Assembly (NCBI GenBank): GCA_902631295.1
Contig: CACOXV010000008.1
Location: 9,189 to 73,188, forward strand
Length of the DNA: 64,000 bases
Direction of reading: 5' to 3'
Origin: Paracoccaceae bacterium
GTDB lineage: Bacteria; Pseudomonadota; Alphaproteobacteria; Rhodobacterales; Rhodobacteraceae
Positions 48,027 through 58,101 of this stretch are shown here, piece by piece. Position 1 is the first letter of the stretch, and each line of letters opens with the position of its first letter. A program made the translations under genes and the position numbers. The notes under the pieces were generated by a model. It searched no databases. It was not told the DNA's origin and worked only from the letters and a program-made list of their open reading frames with translations.

Positions 48027-48740
48027 ATGAGAGATTGGCAGCCTATACTAGGGCTCCCTTTGTGGTTCTGGCTCTTTATTTTGCCAACGCTATTTGCGCT
48101 ATTTTGTCTGTTTAATCCCACTAAAGCAAAAAGACTAATGTCTCCAATTTGGCCTTTATTGGATAAAGTCTATTTGGGGTTTGGTATTTTGTCTGCAATT
48201 TTTATGATTGTAATTCTACTTTTGATTATTGGTCAGATGGTTGCGCGTTGGACTAATACGGTCTTTCCCGGAGGAACAGAGTTTGCTGGATATGCGATGG
48301 CATGTACATCCTTTTTTGCTTTGGCTTTCGCTTTAACCCAGGGATCCCATATTCGTGTCTCTATTTTTCTCAATATAAACAATTTTTTAAAGTTTTGGTT
48401 AGATGCCTTTGCTATGCTGGTGTCGGCTTGGACTGCAACATACTTTGCGCGATATGCAGTCAAAACAAATTTTCTATCTGAAATTTTGAACGATAGGACA
48501 CAAGGCTTAGATCAAGTTCCTGAATGGTTGCTTTCTATTTTTTCTATGATTGGCCAATGGCCTTGGGAGTGGAGCAAAACTTGGTCAAGCACGACCTCTG
48601 AACTGGTTTATACACCTGTATGGTTTCCACAAATAGCAATGTCCGTGGGAACAATTTTGCTAGCGGTTGCAATTTGGGATCACCTTTTTCGTTTACTGGC
48701 TTACAGAGAAACGCGTATTTTTCGGGAAGCAATCGAATGA
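48027..48740 (+). CDS. dctQ: TRAP small permease with N-terminal TM extension
   Basis: EFAGY, GSHIRV, PVWFPQ; AAGGAGG RBS. Confidence 0.88.
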   Translation: MRDWQPILGLPLWFWLFILPTLFALFCLFNPTKAKRLMSPIWPLLDKVYLGFGILSAIFMIVILLLIIGQMVARWTNTVFPGGTEFAGYAMACTSFFALAFALTQGSHIRVSIFLNINNFLKFWLDAFAMLVSAWTATYFARYAVKTNFLSEILNDRTQGLDQVPEWLLSIFSMIGQWPWEWSKTWSSTTSELVYTPVWFPQIAMSVGTILLAVAIWDHLFRLLAYRETRIFREAIE

Positions 48741-50044
48741 CAGAACTTTATGCCATAATCATTTTTTTATTCGTTTTATTTCTGCTTCTAGGCAGCTCTG
48801 TTTGGGTTGGGTTGGCGCTTATGGGAGTCGCTTGGGTGGGTATGGAACTTTTCACAACCCGCCCAGCTGGCGATGCAATGATTACTACCATTTGGACGGG
48901 AGCAAGTAGTTGGACCCTTACGGCTTTACCACTTTTTATTTGGATGGGGGAAATACTATTTCGAACAAGATTGTCAGAAGATATGTTTCGAGGACTATCG
49001 CCCTGGATGCGGTTTTTACCTGGTGGCTTACTGCATACAAATATAGCAGGATGTACCATATTTGCTGCGGTTTCTGGATCTTCTGCTGCAACTTTGAATA
49101 TGGTAGGAAAAATGTCTATACCTGAACTTCGTAGTAGGGGATATCCGGAATACATGATTATTGGTACGTTGGCAGGCGCGGCGACACTCGGCCTAATGAT
49201 ACCACCCTCCTTAACTTTGATTGTTTACGGTGTAACCATTAATGAGAGTATAACTAAATTGTTTATGGCTGGTGTGTTCCCGGGACTAGTTCTGGCCGGT
49301 TTATTTATGACTTACATAGTTTTTTGGCATTTTTTTGGAACCGGCGATCGGCCACAAAAAGAGCCCTCTATGTCTTTTTCTAAGATGATAAAGGAAAGTC
49401 TATTTCTGGTGCCAGTAATGGGTTTGGTCGGTGTTGTCATAGGGTCAATGTATTTAGGATTTGCTACCGCTACAGAAGCTGCAGCAGTTGGAGTAGTTGG
49501 AGCATTGATATTGTCGGCAGCCCAGGGGTCTCTTAATTGGTCAACATTTTCAGTTAGCCTTATGGGGGCCACTAAGACATCTGCCATGATTGCCTTAATT
49601 CTTATGGGTGCCGCGTTTTTATCACTATCTATGGGCTTTACAGGTCTGCCAAGAGCCATGGCAGAGTTGATTGAGAGTTATAATTTATCGCCGGTAGCTC
49701 TAATTGCAGTTCTTACAGTTTTTTATTTAATTCTTGGTATGTTTATGGATGGGCTATCTTCTGTTGTTCTCACAATGGCAATAGTGGAGCCAATGATCAG
49801 GACAGCCGGAATTGATCTGATCTGGTTTGGTATTTTCTTAGTTGTCGTTATCGAAACAGCGCAGGTTACTCCCCCAATCGGTTTTAACCTTTTTGTTTTG
49901 CAGGGTATGACGAAACACGAAATTGGTTACATTGCTAAGACCGCTATTCCAATGGTTGCGTTAATGTTGTTAATGGTTGTGATCTTAGTCATTTTTCCAG
50001 AGTTAGCTACATGGCTACCAGAAAATATACGTCAGCGGAATTAA
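48737..50044 (+). CDS. dctM: TRAP large permease
   Basis: LPLFIWMGE, SGSSAAT, LGLMIPPS, TPPIGFNL; ATGA overlap. Confidence 0.94.
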   Translation: MTELYAIIIFLFVLFLLLGSSVWVGLALMGVAWVGMELFTTRPAGDAMITTIWTGASSWTLTALPLFIWMGEILFRTRLSEDMFRGLSPWMRFLPGGLLHTNIAGCTIFAAVSGSSAATLNMVGKMSIPELRSRGYPEYMIIGTLAGAATLGLMIPPSLTLIVYGVTINESITKLFMAGVFPGLVLAGLFMTYIVFWHFFGTGDRPQKEPSMSFSKMIKESLFLVPVMGLVGVVIGSMYLGFATATEAAAVGVVGALILSAAQGSLNWSTFSVSLMGATKTSAMIALILMGAAFLSLSMGFTGLPRAMAELIESYNLSPVALIAVLTVFYLILGMFMDGLSSVVLTMAIVEPMIRTAGIDLIWFGIFLVVVIETAQVTPPIGFNLFVLQGMTKHEIGYIAKTAIPMVALMLLMVVILVIFPELATWLPENIRQRN

Positions 50045-50048
50045 AGTC

Positions 50049-50717
50049 TTGGGTCGTGTCAGTATACTCCAGCTTGATACAAAATTTTTGCGAATTCCTG
50101 GCGATATTGGAAGTGAGAAAACATTTATTGAACCACCTCAGCATCTAATAGTCGAGGGCGCTACAGCAAATAAGGTAGTTACATCTCGACCGGAAAATAT
50201 TGATATCACTCCCTTTTTGGACGCCGCGCAATCTGCGACAGGTGATATTCTGACAACTTCGTGTGGTTTCCTAGCTCCATTTCAGAAAGAACTTCAAGAA
50301 AACTTAGATATTCCCGTTGTTGTATCATCAATTAATCAACTGGCTGATATGAGTAAAATTTATTCACCTGAGCAAGTTATAATTTTAACTATTGCTGCAG
50401 ATAAACTCTGTACTAAGCATTTGCCGAAAGCACTTTGGAAGTACTCTAAGTGCATATGTGGCCTGGAAAATTCCAGTTATTTTCAAAAAGTTATCTTTGA
50501 AGATATGGTGATGTTTGATGAGGCAAAAGTAGCAGATGAATTGCTTAAAGTTTTTAAGCATGCTTGTAATGAAAATACGCGAGCTTTGTTGCTAGAATGC
50601 ACAAATATGCCGCCATACAAGGCACATTTGCAGCAATTCAAAGATATTAAGATCTTTGATATTTTGTCCGCAATTGAAACGCTATTACCGAACACGGTAA
50701 ACCCGGCATATTTGTAA
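50049..50717 (+). CDS. Asp/Glu/hydantoin racemase-superfamily protein
   Basis: TTSCGFL and LECTNMPPY two-Cys motifs. Confidence 0.8.
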   Translation: MGRVSILQLDTKFLRIPGDIGSEKTFIEPPQHLIVEGATANKVVTSRPENIDITPFLDAAQSATGDILTTSCGFLAPFQKELQENLDIPVVVSSINQLADMSKIYSPEQVIILTIAADKLCTKHLPKALWKYSKCICGLENSSYFQKVIFEDMVMFDEAKVADELLKVFKHACNENTRALLLECTNMPPYKAHLQQFKDIKIFDILSAIETLLPNTVNPAYL

Positions 50718-50791
50718 AACTGATATATTTTATTGTGCCATACTTAAAATAATATACGCTCCATTAAAGTAATAGTTGAGCTTGAGATCAT

Positions 50792-51907
50792 ATGATTAAA
50801 AACACTGAAGCAGCTGTTCTTTATGAAACAAATTCAGATCTAGTTGTGGAGAATTTAAAATTAGCGGCTCTAGGACCAAAAGAAGTTTTTGTTCAAATGG
50901 GAGCTGCGGGTGTTTGTCATTCTGATGTTCATGTGATTAGTGGCCAGGCTAACCAGATACTGCCATGCGTTCTGGGCCATGAAGGTGCAGGTCTTGTCAC
51001 TTCTATTGGGAAGGAAGTAAACAACGTGAGTGTGGGCGATCACGTTGTTCTTAGCTGGCTGCCATACTGCGGAAAATGTTATCAATGTGTTCGTGGGAAA
51101 ACACATTTATGCAAAGCCTATCAAAAGCCAGTTGGCAATGGAACACTATTGGATGGCTCTTGTCGATTTTCTAATTCAGAGGGGCCAGTTCGGCAGCTTG
51201 GTTCACTTGGATGTTGGTCTGAAAATGTTGTGGTACCTGAAGTATGTTGCGTGCCAGTAGCTAAATCTATTCCCTTTGAAATTGCCGCGCTTCTTGGTTG
51301 TGCTGTAACGACTGGTGTTGGTGCTGTCTTAAATCGAGCCAAGGTACAAAACGGGGAAACAGTAGTTGTAATAGGGGCGGGAGGTGTTGGTTTATCAGTA
51401 GTGATGGCGGCTAAATTGAAAGGAGCCTCACAAGTTATCTGTATTGATCAAAATATTAGTGCGCGAAACCTTGCAATAGAATTGGGTGCCACGGATTTTC
51501 TTGTTTCGAAGCAGAGTGAAGATATTTCTAAAAAACTAATGGAGCTAACGGGTGTGGGTGCTGATCATGTATTTGAGGCAGTAGGTAAAAGAAAATTGCA
51601 ATCTGATGCGATTGATTATTGCTGTTCAGGTGGTACTGTGACTTTTGTCGGTTTGGACAGCGAGGATGCGACAATTAATCTAAAAACTACTGCCATAACT
51701 AGATCAGAAAAAACAATATCCGGTTCGATATATGGTTCTGCTTGCACCCACAGGGATTTTGCTCTTTATGGTGAAAAATTCCTAGAGGGAAAACTACCGA
51801 TCGATTTAATGGTTAATCGGCGGTACCAGCTCAGGGAGATAAATATTGCACTCAGTGACATGTTGGAGGGAAAACCAGGAAGAGGCGTAATTGTTTTTGA
51901 TCATTAA
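50792..51907 (+). CDS. Zn-dependent alcohol dehydrogenase (MDR, class III-like)
   Basis: GVCHSD, LGHEGAG, structural Zn C..C..C...C, GAGGVG. Confidence 0.92.
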   Translation: MIKNTEAAVLYETNSDLVVENLKLAALGPKEVFVQMGAAGVCHSDVHVISGQANQILPCVLGHEGAGLVTSIGKEVNNVSVGDHVVLSWLPYCGKCYQCVRGKTHLCKAYQKPVGNGTLLDGSCRFSNSEGPVRQLGSLGCWSENVVVPEVCCVPVAKSIPFEIAALLGCAVTTGVGAVLNRAKVQNGETVVVIGAGGVGLSVVMAAKLKGASQVICIDQNISARNLAIELGATDFLVSKQSEDISKKLMELTGVGADHVFEAVGKRKLQSDAIDYCCSGGTVTFVGLDSEDATINLKTTAITRSEKTISGSIYGSACTHRDFALYGEKFLEGKLPIDLMVNRRYQLREINIALSDMLEGKPGRGVIVFDH

Positions 51908-51935
51908 ATTTGAGCATAAAGTTAGACCATAAAAA

Positions 51936-53162
51936 TTGAGCTTTTATGATCATATAATTGTTGGTGGTGGCATTTTGGGTGCCTCAATTGCCTATCATAT
52001 TTCTAAAAAATCAAATGATACTATTCTGGTATTAGAGAGAAATGATTTTGCGAGTGGTGCCTCTAGTCGCTCCGCTGGATTAGTGCTGCAGGGATCTACT
52101 AAAAAGTCAAATATCCCTTTAGCTAAAAAAACTGTCGAAGTGATTTCGCAATTAGAGTATGAGCTCGGAGAGAGTGTAGAGTATCATGAAACGGGAAGTT
52201 TGCGTTTAGCGTCATCTGCTGAAAGAGTTGATGAATTGAATTCTATGATCGAAACGGCGTCTCTTTTCGATGTAGATGTGTCAGTACCGAGTGACCAAGA
52301 TATAAATAAAATGGCCCCTTGGTTGAACCAAGAAGAGATCCTAAAGGCTGCATTTTTTCCTTCGGATGGCTATCTCGATAGCTATCGTTTAACCTGGCAT
52401 TATCTCAAAGCGGCAAAGAATAATGGTGTTAAGTTCAATTCCAACTTAGCCGCCACAGAGGTCATAATTGATGGATCTAAAATTTGTGGAATTGATACTG
52501 CGAATGGAAAAATTTTTTCCCCTAATTTGATACTTGCTGGGGGTGTTTGGACCTCTTTATTTGCATCTAAGATCAAGGTGCCGATTGCAACAGCTCCAGT
52601 TCGTAGCCATTACTGGCTAACTGAACCCGATCTTGATTATGGTAGAGAGGGTTCAATTACAATTATGCCTGATGTTTCTGCGTACACACGCCCAGAATTG
52701 GGAGGCTTATTGCTTGGTGTTCAGGAGAATGAATGTGCTGTTTTTGATGCAAGAAAACTGCCAGAGGATTTACAATATTTCTCTCCCACGCTTGGCGAAG
52801 ATCACTGGGACATATTACTGAACTCTTATTCTGATCTTTCTCGGTTCTTCCCTAAAATAGAAAGTGCAAATTTTTCCAGCTATATCAGTGGTCTCTCTTC
52901 ATATACTCCAGATGGAGAAATTATTTTAGGTCCTATTCCAGAAATTGATGGGTTATATGTAGCAGCTGGGGACTGCGGTTCAGGTGTTAGTTTGTCTGGC
53001 GGAATAGGGTTTATTATTTCGGAAATTATTTTAGACGGTAAATCTGATCTTTATAGTTCGTCATTTAAGCCTAATAGGTTCGGTAAGGTTGATCCATTTG
53101 ATGAAGAATTCTTAAATAAATGTGCGATGGCTAGATCAAAAAAATCAAGAAAAATGAAATAA
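51936..53162 (+). CDS. FAD-dependent amine oxidoreductase (sarcosine oxidase beta/DMG dehydrogenase N-domain-like)
   Basis: GGGILG, GASSRSAG, GSLRLA, DGYLD, YTPDG..ILG. Confidence 0.87.
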   Translation: MSFYDHIIVGGGILGASIAYHISKKSNDTILVLERNDFASGASSRSAGLVLQGSTKKSNIPLAKKTVEVISQLEYELGESVEYHETGSLRLASSAERVDELNSMIETASLFDVDVSVPSDQDINKMAPWLNQEEILKAAFFPSDGYLDSYRLTWHYLKAAKNNGVKFNSNLAATEVIIDGSKICGIDTANGKIFSPNLILAGGVWTSLFASKIKVPIATAPVRSHYWLTEPDLDYGREGSITIMPDVSAYTRPELGGLLLGVQENECAVFDARKLPEDLQYFSPTLGEDHWDILLNSYSDLSRFFPKIESANFSSYISGLSSYTPDGEIILGPIPEIDGLYVAAGDCGSGVSLSGGIGFIISEIILDGKSDLYSSSFKPNRFGKVDPFDEEFLNKCAMARSKKSRKMK

Positions 53163-53259
53163 TTTTTTTTTTTGTTACAGAATCATGCGATCATATTCTA
53201 ATCTTTGGAATATTACGCATTTTGAAGAATAAACAACTAAACCACATTGGGGGTACAAA

Positions 53260-54279
53260 ATGAAATTTAACTTTGGATTTTTTAAATCGTTAGCGGTTGG
53301 ATCATTGTTAGCTACATCCGTATTTGCGGATACAGAGCTCACTGTTTACACGGCTGTAGAGGCCGAAGATCTTTCTAGATATGCTGCTAAATTTAACGAA
53401 AGTCATCCAGATATTAAAATTAACTGGGTTAGAGATTCTACAGGGATCATTACAGCAAAACTATTGGCCGAAAAAAACAATCCACAAGCGGATGTTGTAT
53501 GGGGTCTAGCTGGTACTTCGCTGCTTCTGCTCAAATCAGAGGGAATGTTAGAGCCTTACGCTCCAGCTGGTGTAGAAAAGTTGGATAGTAAATTTGTTGA
53601 TGGTGATAATCCACCTGCTTGGGTTGGAATGGATGCATGGGTTGCTGCAGTTTGCTATAATACTGTCGAGGCGGGAAAAGCTGGACTAACACCACCAACC
53701 TCTTGGAAAGATTTGACGGATGCTCAGTACGCAGGCCATTTGATTATGCCAAATCCAAACTCATCTGGCACAGGATTTTTAGATGTATCTAGTTGGCTTC
53801 AGTTGTTTGGCGAAGAAGGTGGTTGGGAGTATATGGATGCCCTTCATGAAAATATCGCAAGGTATACTCACTCAGGCTCAAAACCCTGTAAATTAGCCGC
53901 TGCTGGGGAAATTCCAATCGGGATTTCATTTGCTTTCCGCGGTGCGAAATCGAAAGCAGCTGGTGCTCCATTAGATATTATTGTTCCGTCTGAAGGTGTT
54001 GGTTGGGACATGGAAGCCACCGCTATTGTTGCCGGAACATCGAAACTGGAAGCGGCACAGAAGCTTGTAGATTTTTCAGTAACAAAGGAAGCTAATGAAA
54101 TGTACAACGAAGGTTATGCAGTTGTTGCTTATCCTGGCGTAGCAAAACCTGTTGAGCATTTTCCTGAGGGATTAATTGAGGCGATGATTCCAAATGACTT
54201 CGAATTTGCAGCAAACAATAGAGCGCGTATTCTGAAAGAATGGCAGTCACGCTACGACGGCAAGTCTGATCCTAAATAA
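53260..54279 (+). CDS. aepX: 2-Aminoethylphosphonate ABC transporter substrate-binding protein (PhnS2/AepX)
   Basis: LTVYTAVE, WVRDSTGIITAKLLAEK.NPQAD, YTHSGSKPC, W..RY..K. Confidence 0.88.
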   Translation: MKFNFGFFKSLAVGSLLATSVFADTELTVYTAVEAEDLSRYAAKFNESHPDIKINWVRDSTGIITAKLLAEKNNPQADVVWGLAGTSLLLLKSEGMLEPYAPAGVEKLDSKFVDGDNPPAWVGMDAWVAAVCYNTVEAGKAGLTPPTSWKDLTDAQYAGHLIMPNPNSSGTGFLDVSSWLQLFGEEGGWEYMDALHENIARYTHSGSKPCKLAAAGEIPIGISFAFRGAKSKAAGAPLDIIVPSEGVGWDMEATAIVAGTSKLEAAQKLVDFSVTKEANEMYNEGYAVVAYPGVAKPVEHFPEGLIEAMIPNDFEFAANNRARILKEWQSRYDGKSDPK

Positions 54280-54287
54280 GAAATTTT

Positions 54288-54322
54288 AGTCAGGCAGTAA
54301 ATTTCTACTGCCTGACTTTTTT
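54288..54322 (+). terminator. Intrinsic terminator after aepX
   Basis: AGTCAGGCAGTA-AATTTC-TACTGCCTGACT followed by a T run. Confidence 0.8.
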
Positions 54323-54371
54323 GTTGTCTAAATTTATGGATTAATAATAATATAAATTTAAGGAATACATC

Positions 54372-55478
54372 TTGGAAGGCATTAAAGACCCGCAATCCTC
54401 GTATCTCTCAATAAAAAATCTTTGGAAATCATTTGGAAGCTTTACGGCTCTTAAGGATGTATCCTTAGATATAAAAGAGGGAGAATTTGTTTGTTTCTTG
54501 GGTCCCTCGGGATGTGGAAAAACAACTCTTTTACGAGCAATAGCTGGATTAGATCTGCAAACAAGTGGCGCAGTAGTGCAAGGTGGAAAAGATATTTCTA
54601 ATTTTCCCGCCTCGGAGCGTGATTATGGAATTGTTTTTCAATCATATGCTTTATTTCCCAATCTTACTATTGAGAAAAATATAGCATTCGGGCTTGAAAA
54701 TACTGGGCGTTCCAAAAATGAAATTAGTGAACGGGTTTCTGAGTTATTAGATCTAATCGGACTTCCAGATCAAGGTCCTAAGTATCCCGCTCAGCTTTCC
54801 GGTGGTCAACAGCAAAGAATTGCTTTGGCCAGGGCAATAGCATCAGGCCCTGGTTTGTTGCTGCTTGATGAGCCACTGTCCGCTCTGGATGCCAAAGTAC
54901 GTGTGTATTTGAGGCATGAAATAAAAACTCTACAACAGAAACTTGGTGTTACAACCATAATGGTCACCCATGATCAAGAAGAAGCTCTGTCAATGGCTGA
55001 CCGCATTGTTGTTATGAATGAAGGAAAGGTAGAGCAAATAGGTACGCCCAATGAAGTTTATTGTAAGCCAGAGACCTTATTTGTTGCAGATTTCATTGGG
55101 GAAATGACGCAATTCAGGGGCACAATAAGTGGCAAAAATTTGGTAAAAATTGGCAACACTGAATTAAATACGGTGGAGCACCGGTTTGCTAACGGCCGTG
55201 AAGTCTCAATAACCATCAGGCCGGAGGATATAATACCATTGGGCGCTAAGCTTCCAACAAAGTCAGGCAAGAACGTGTTTTCTGCTCAGCTTGTAGAAAT
55301 GGAGTTTTTGGGTTCATTTTGGCGTTGCAAATTGAAGAGTGATGAATTTCCGGAGGCTTTGGTTACGGCAGATTTCTCAGTAAACGCAGTCAGAAGATTG
55401 TCTATAGAGCCAAAGCAAATTTTATGGATTGAATTACCCTCTCAAAGCATTTTAGCTTTTGATGCTCAAGCGGCCTGA
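54372..55478 (+). CDS. aepV: 2-AEP ABC transporter ATP-binding protein (PhnT2)
   Basis: GPSGCGKTT, RDYGIVFQSYALFPNL, LSGGQQQR. Confidence 0.85.
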   Translation: MEGIKDPQSSYLSIKNLWKSFGSFTALKDVSLDIKEGEFVCFLGPSGCGKTTLLRAIAGLDLQTSGAVVQGGKDISNFPASERDYGIVFQSYALFPNLTIEKNIAFGLENTGRSKNEISERVSELLDLIGLPDQGPKYPAQLSGGQQQRIALARAIASGPGLLLLDEPLSALDAKVRVYLRHEIKTLQQKLGVTTIMVTHDQEEALSMADRIVVMNEGKVEQIGTPNEVYCKPETLFVADFIGEMTQFRGTISGKNLVKIGNTELNTVEHRFANGREVSITIRPEDIIPLGAKLPTKSGKNVFSAQLVEMEFLGSFWRCKLKSDEFPEALVTADFSVNAVRRLSIEPKQILWIELPSQSILAFDAQAA

Positions 55479-55480
55479 AT

Positions 55481-57505
55481 ATGAATACGGCTAGTATAGA
55501 CAATACAGTAGTCAGACCAAAAGGGCTAGTAAAAGCTAAACTCAGCCGAGACGATATCATCATGCGTGGAGGTATGATTGTTATTGCTCTATACCTTGTA
55601 ATTAGCTTGGTATTTCCTCTTTATTCAATGTTTTCGAAATCATTTTCGACTTTTCAATATGATTTATCAAAATTTGAAGTCCAAGTTAGTGATGACGCGG
55701 GTCAATTTTCTCCTAAAATTACAAACCTTCAAAATTTAAATGAAGATTTAAAGGCTATCCCGGATGAGGAATTAAGTACAGGTTCTGGCGGCCGACTAGG
55801 CGTTACAATATTTTTTCCCGACTTCAGTTTCCGCAGCCCAGTTATGTATCGTATTCGGAATGTTGATGGGCAGGGGCGATTCCTAGTGGGTTCTAAATTA
55901 ATGACTGGGACTGATTGGCAAGAATTGGATAGTAATACTTTTCGCCGCGTACAGTTACGGCCTGTTAGATCAACGGGTTTATCGAATTTTATAAATTATT
56001 TTTCTACTCCAGCTTTGTTTAAATCAATTCAGAATTCGATATTTATTGCGATAATTAGTACAATAATCACAGTAATCTTAGCGTTCTGGTTTGCGTATGC
56101 ACTGAATAGAAGCTGTATGCGGTTCAAGGGCCTCTTTAGGCTTATTGCAATGGCTCCGATACTTGTCCCCTCACTACTCCCCGGGATTGCTCTTGTCTAT
56201 CTTTTCGGGGCACAGGGTGTAATGAAAGGCTTATTATTTGGAGCAAGTATTTACGGTCCTATAGGTATAATCATAGGTTCAGTATTTTTCACCTTTCCAC
56301 ACGCATTTTTAATCATATCTACCGCATTAGCTATTTCTGATGGTCGTCTTTATGAAGCTGCTATTTCTTTAAAAGCGTCGCCTTGGAAGACCTTCTGGAC
56401 CGTTACTATACCTGGGGCAAGGTACGGTATAATTTCAGCAGCTTTTGTTGTATTTAACCTAGTAATTACGGACTTCGGGTTGCCTAAGGTAATCGGTGGT
56501 CAATTTAACGTTTTAGCTGTGGACATTTATAAACAAGTTATAGGTCAACAGAACTTTGAGATGGGGGCAGTTGTATCAGTAGTTCTAATAATTCCGGCAA
56601 TTTTAGCCTTTGCAATAGACCGGGTTGTCCAAAGTAAACAAGTGGCTCTGCTCACTGCTAGGTCCGTTCCATTTAATCCCAAACCAAGTTCGAGGGCTGA
56701 CTTAATCTTTACTATTTATTGTGGACTTGTTGGATTATTTATAATTGGCATGTTGGGTATTTGCCAGTTTGCTGCCCTAATCAAGTTCTGGCCATATGAT
56801 CTAAGTTTAAGTTTAAATAATTATCAGTTCGATAAAATGGATGGTGGCGGTTGGGGTGCCTATTATAATTCAATCAAAATGGCTTTATTGACAGCTTTAA
56901 TAGGTACGTGCGTAATATTTTTCGGAGCGTACTTGGTTGAAAAATCAAGCGGATTCAAAACTGGTAGAGCGATATTTCAGATGTTTGCCATGTTACCAAT
57001 GGCGATACCGGGTATGGTGCTAGGGCTTGCTTATATATTCTTTTTTAATAATCCCGAAAATCCTTTGCATATAGTATATGGAACAATGACCATTCTTGTC
57101 ATTTGTACTGTAACACATTTTTACACAGTTTCACATCTTACGGCCGTTACCGCTCTTAAGCAAATGGACAGTGAGTTTGAATCTGTCTCAGCATCTTTGA
57201 AACAACCCACATTTAAACTGTTTTCTAGAGTGACGGTACCCGTATGTCTGCCAGCAATCTTGGATATTGCAATCTACTTATTCGTTAATGCAATGACTAC
57301 AGTTTCTGCAGTTGTTTTTCTCTACTCGCCGAAAACTTCATTAGCTTCAATTGCCGTACTCAATATGGATGATGCTGGTGATATTGCTCCCGCCGCAGCG
57401 ATGGGCATGATGATTTTTTATACAAATATATTTGCCCGGGTCATACATCTTACTTTATCCAAAGGTGTTTTGAGGCGTACCCAGGCATGGAGGTCTAGTA
57501 ACTAA
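55481..57505 (+). CDS. aepW: 2-AEP ABC transporter fused double permease (PhnU2) with a periplasmic insertion
   Basis: PSLLPGIAL, TDFGLPKVIGG, NAMTTVSAVVFL, MDDAGD, RRTQAWR. Confidence 0.85.
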   Translation: MNTASIDNTVVRPKGLVKAKLSRDDIIMRGGMIVIALYLVISLVFPLYSMFSKSFSTFQYDLSKFEVQVSDDAGQFSPKITNLQNLNEDLKAIPDEELSTGSGGRLGVTIFFPDFSFRSPVMYRIRNVDGQGRFLVGSKLMTGTDWQELDSNTFRRVQLRPVRSTGLSNFINYFSTPALFKSIQNSIFIAIISTIITVILAFWFAYALNRSCMRFKGLFRLIAMAPILVPSLLPGIALVYLFGAQGVMKGLLFGASIYGPIGIIIGSVFFTFPHAFLIISTALAISDGRLYEAAISLKASPWKTFWTVTIPGARYGIISAAFVVFNLVITDFGLPKVIGGQFNVLAVDIYKQVIGQQNFEMGAVVSVVLIIPAILAFAIDRVVQSKQVALLTARSVPFNPKPSSRADLIFTIYCGLVGLFIIGMLGICQFAALIKFWPYDLSLSLNNYQFDKMDGGGWGAYYNSIKMALLTALIGTCVIFFGAYLVEKSSGFKTGRAIFQMFAMLPMAIPGMVLGLAYIFFFNNPENPLHIVYGTMTILVICTVTHFYTVSHLTAVTALKQMDSEFESVSASLKQPTFKLFSRVTVPVCLPAILDIAIYLFVNAMTTVSAVVFLYSPKTSLASIAVLNMDDAGDIAPAAAMGMMIFYTNIFARVIHLTLSKGVLRRTQAWRSSN

Positions 57506-57588
57506 GTTGAGAGACGCAGCTTCCCTCTACTTTTTCAGAAATTTTTTTATTAATTCTTGACAAATTTTGTATTTAGAACTGATAGTTA

Positions 57589-58101
57589 GTGATGATCCAC
57601 TTCATTAAATATGTAGATGCTTTCAATTACCGTATAGGCCGATTTGCCATGTATGGCATTTTTCTAATGATGGGTATTTTGCTATGGTCATCGATCTCCA
57701 AAACATTTTTTAACCCATCACTTTGGACCCTAGAAATGGCTCAATTTTGTATGGTTGCGTATTATATGTTGGGTGGGCCTTACTCTATTCAGATGGGGTC
57801 TAATGTACGGATGGATTTGCTATATGGGGAGTGGGATAATCATCGGAAGGCTCAAGTTGATGCAATAACCATAATATTTTTGATCATTTACCTGATATTT
57901 ATGATTTGGGGAGGGTGGGAAAGCTTTATGTATTCCTTGAGCTATGGGGGAGAGCGCAGCTCCTCGATTTGGCGTCCGTATATTTGGCCAATAAAACTGA
58001 TCATGCTCTTTGGACTCTCATTAATGCTACTTCAGTCAATATCAGAATTTTTCAAAGATATTTTACGCATCAAAGGCCATGATTTTGGAGAAAAGAATTA
58101 A
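57589..58101 (+). CDS. dctQ: TRAP small permease (ethanolamine system)
   Basis: WTLEMAQF, SNVRMDL, W.PYIWPIK. Confidence 0.9.
   Translation: MMIHFIKYVDAFNYRIGRFAMYGIFLMMGILLWSSISKTFFNPSLWTLEMAQFCMVAYYMLGGPYSIQMGSNVRMDLLYGEWDNHRKAQVDAITIIFLIIYLIFMIWGGWESFMYSLSYGGERSSSIWRPYIWPIKLIMLFGLSLMLLQSISEFFKDILRIKGHDFGEKN

Noticed and set aside
53163-53173. T11 run as phase-variation site or terminator
   Set aside because: Intergenic, no preceding hairpin, unremarkable in AT-rich DNA.
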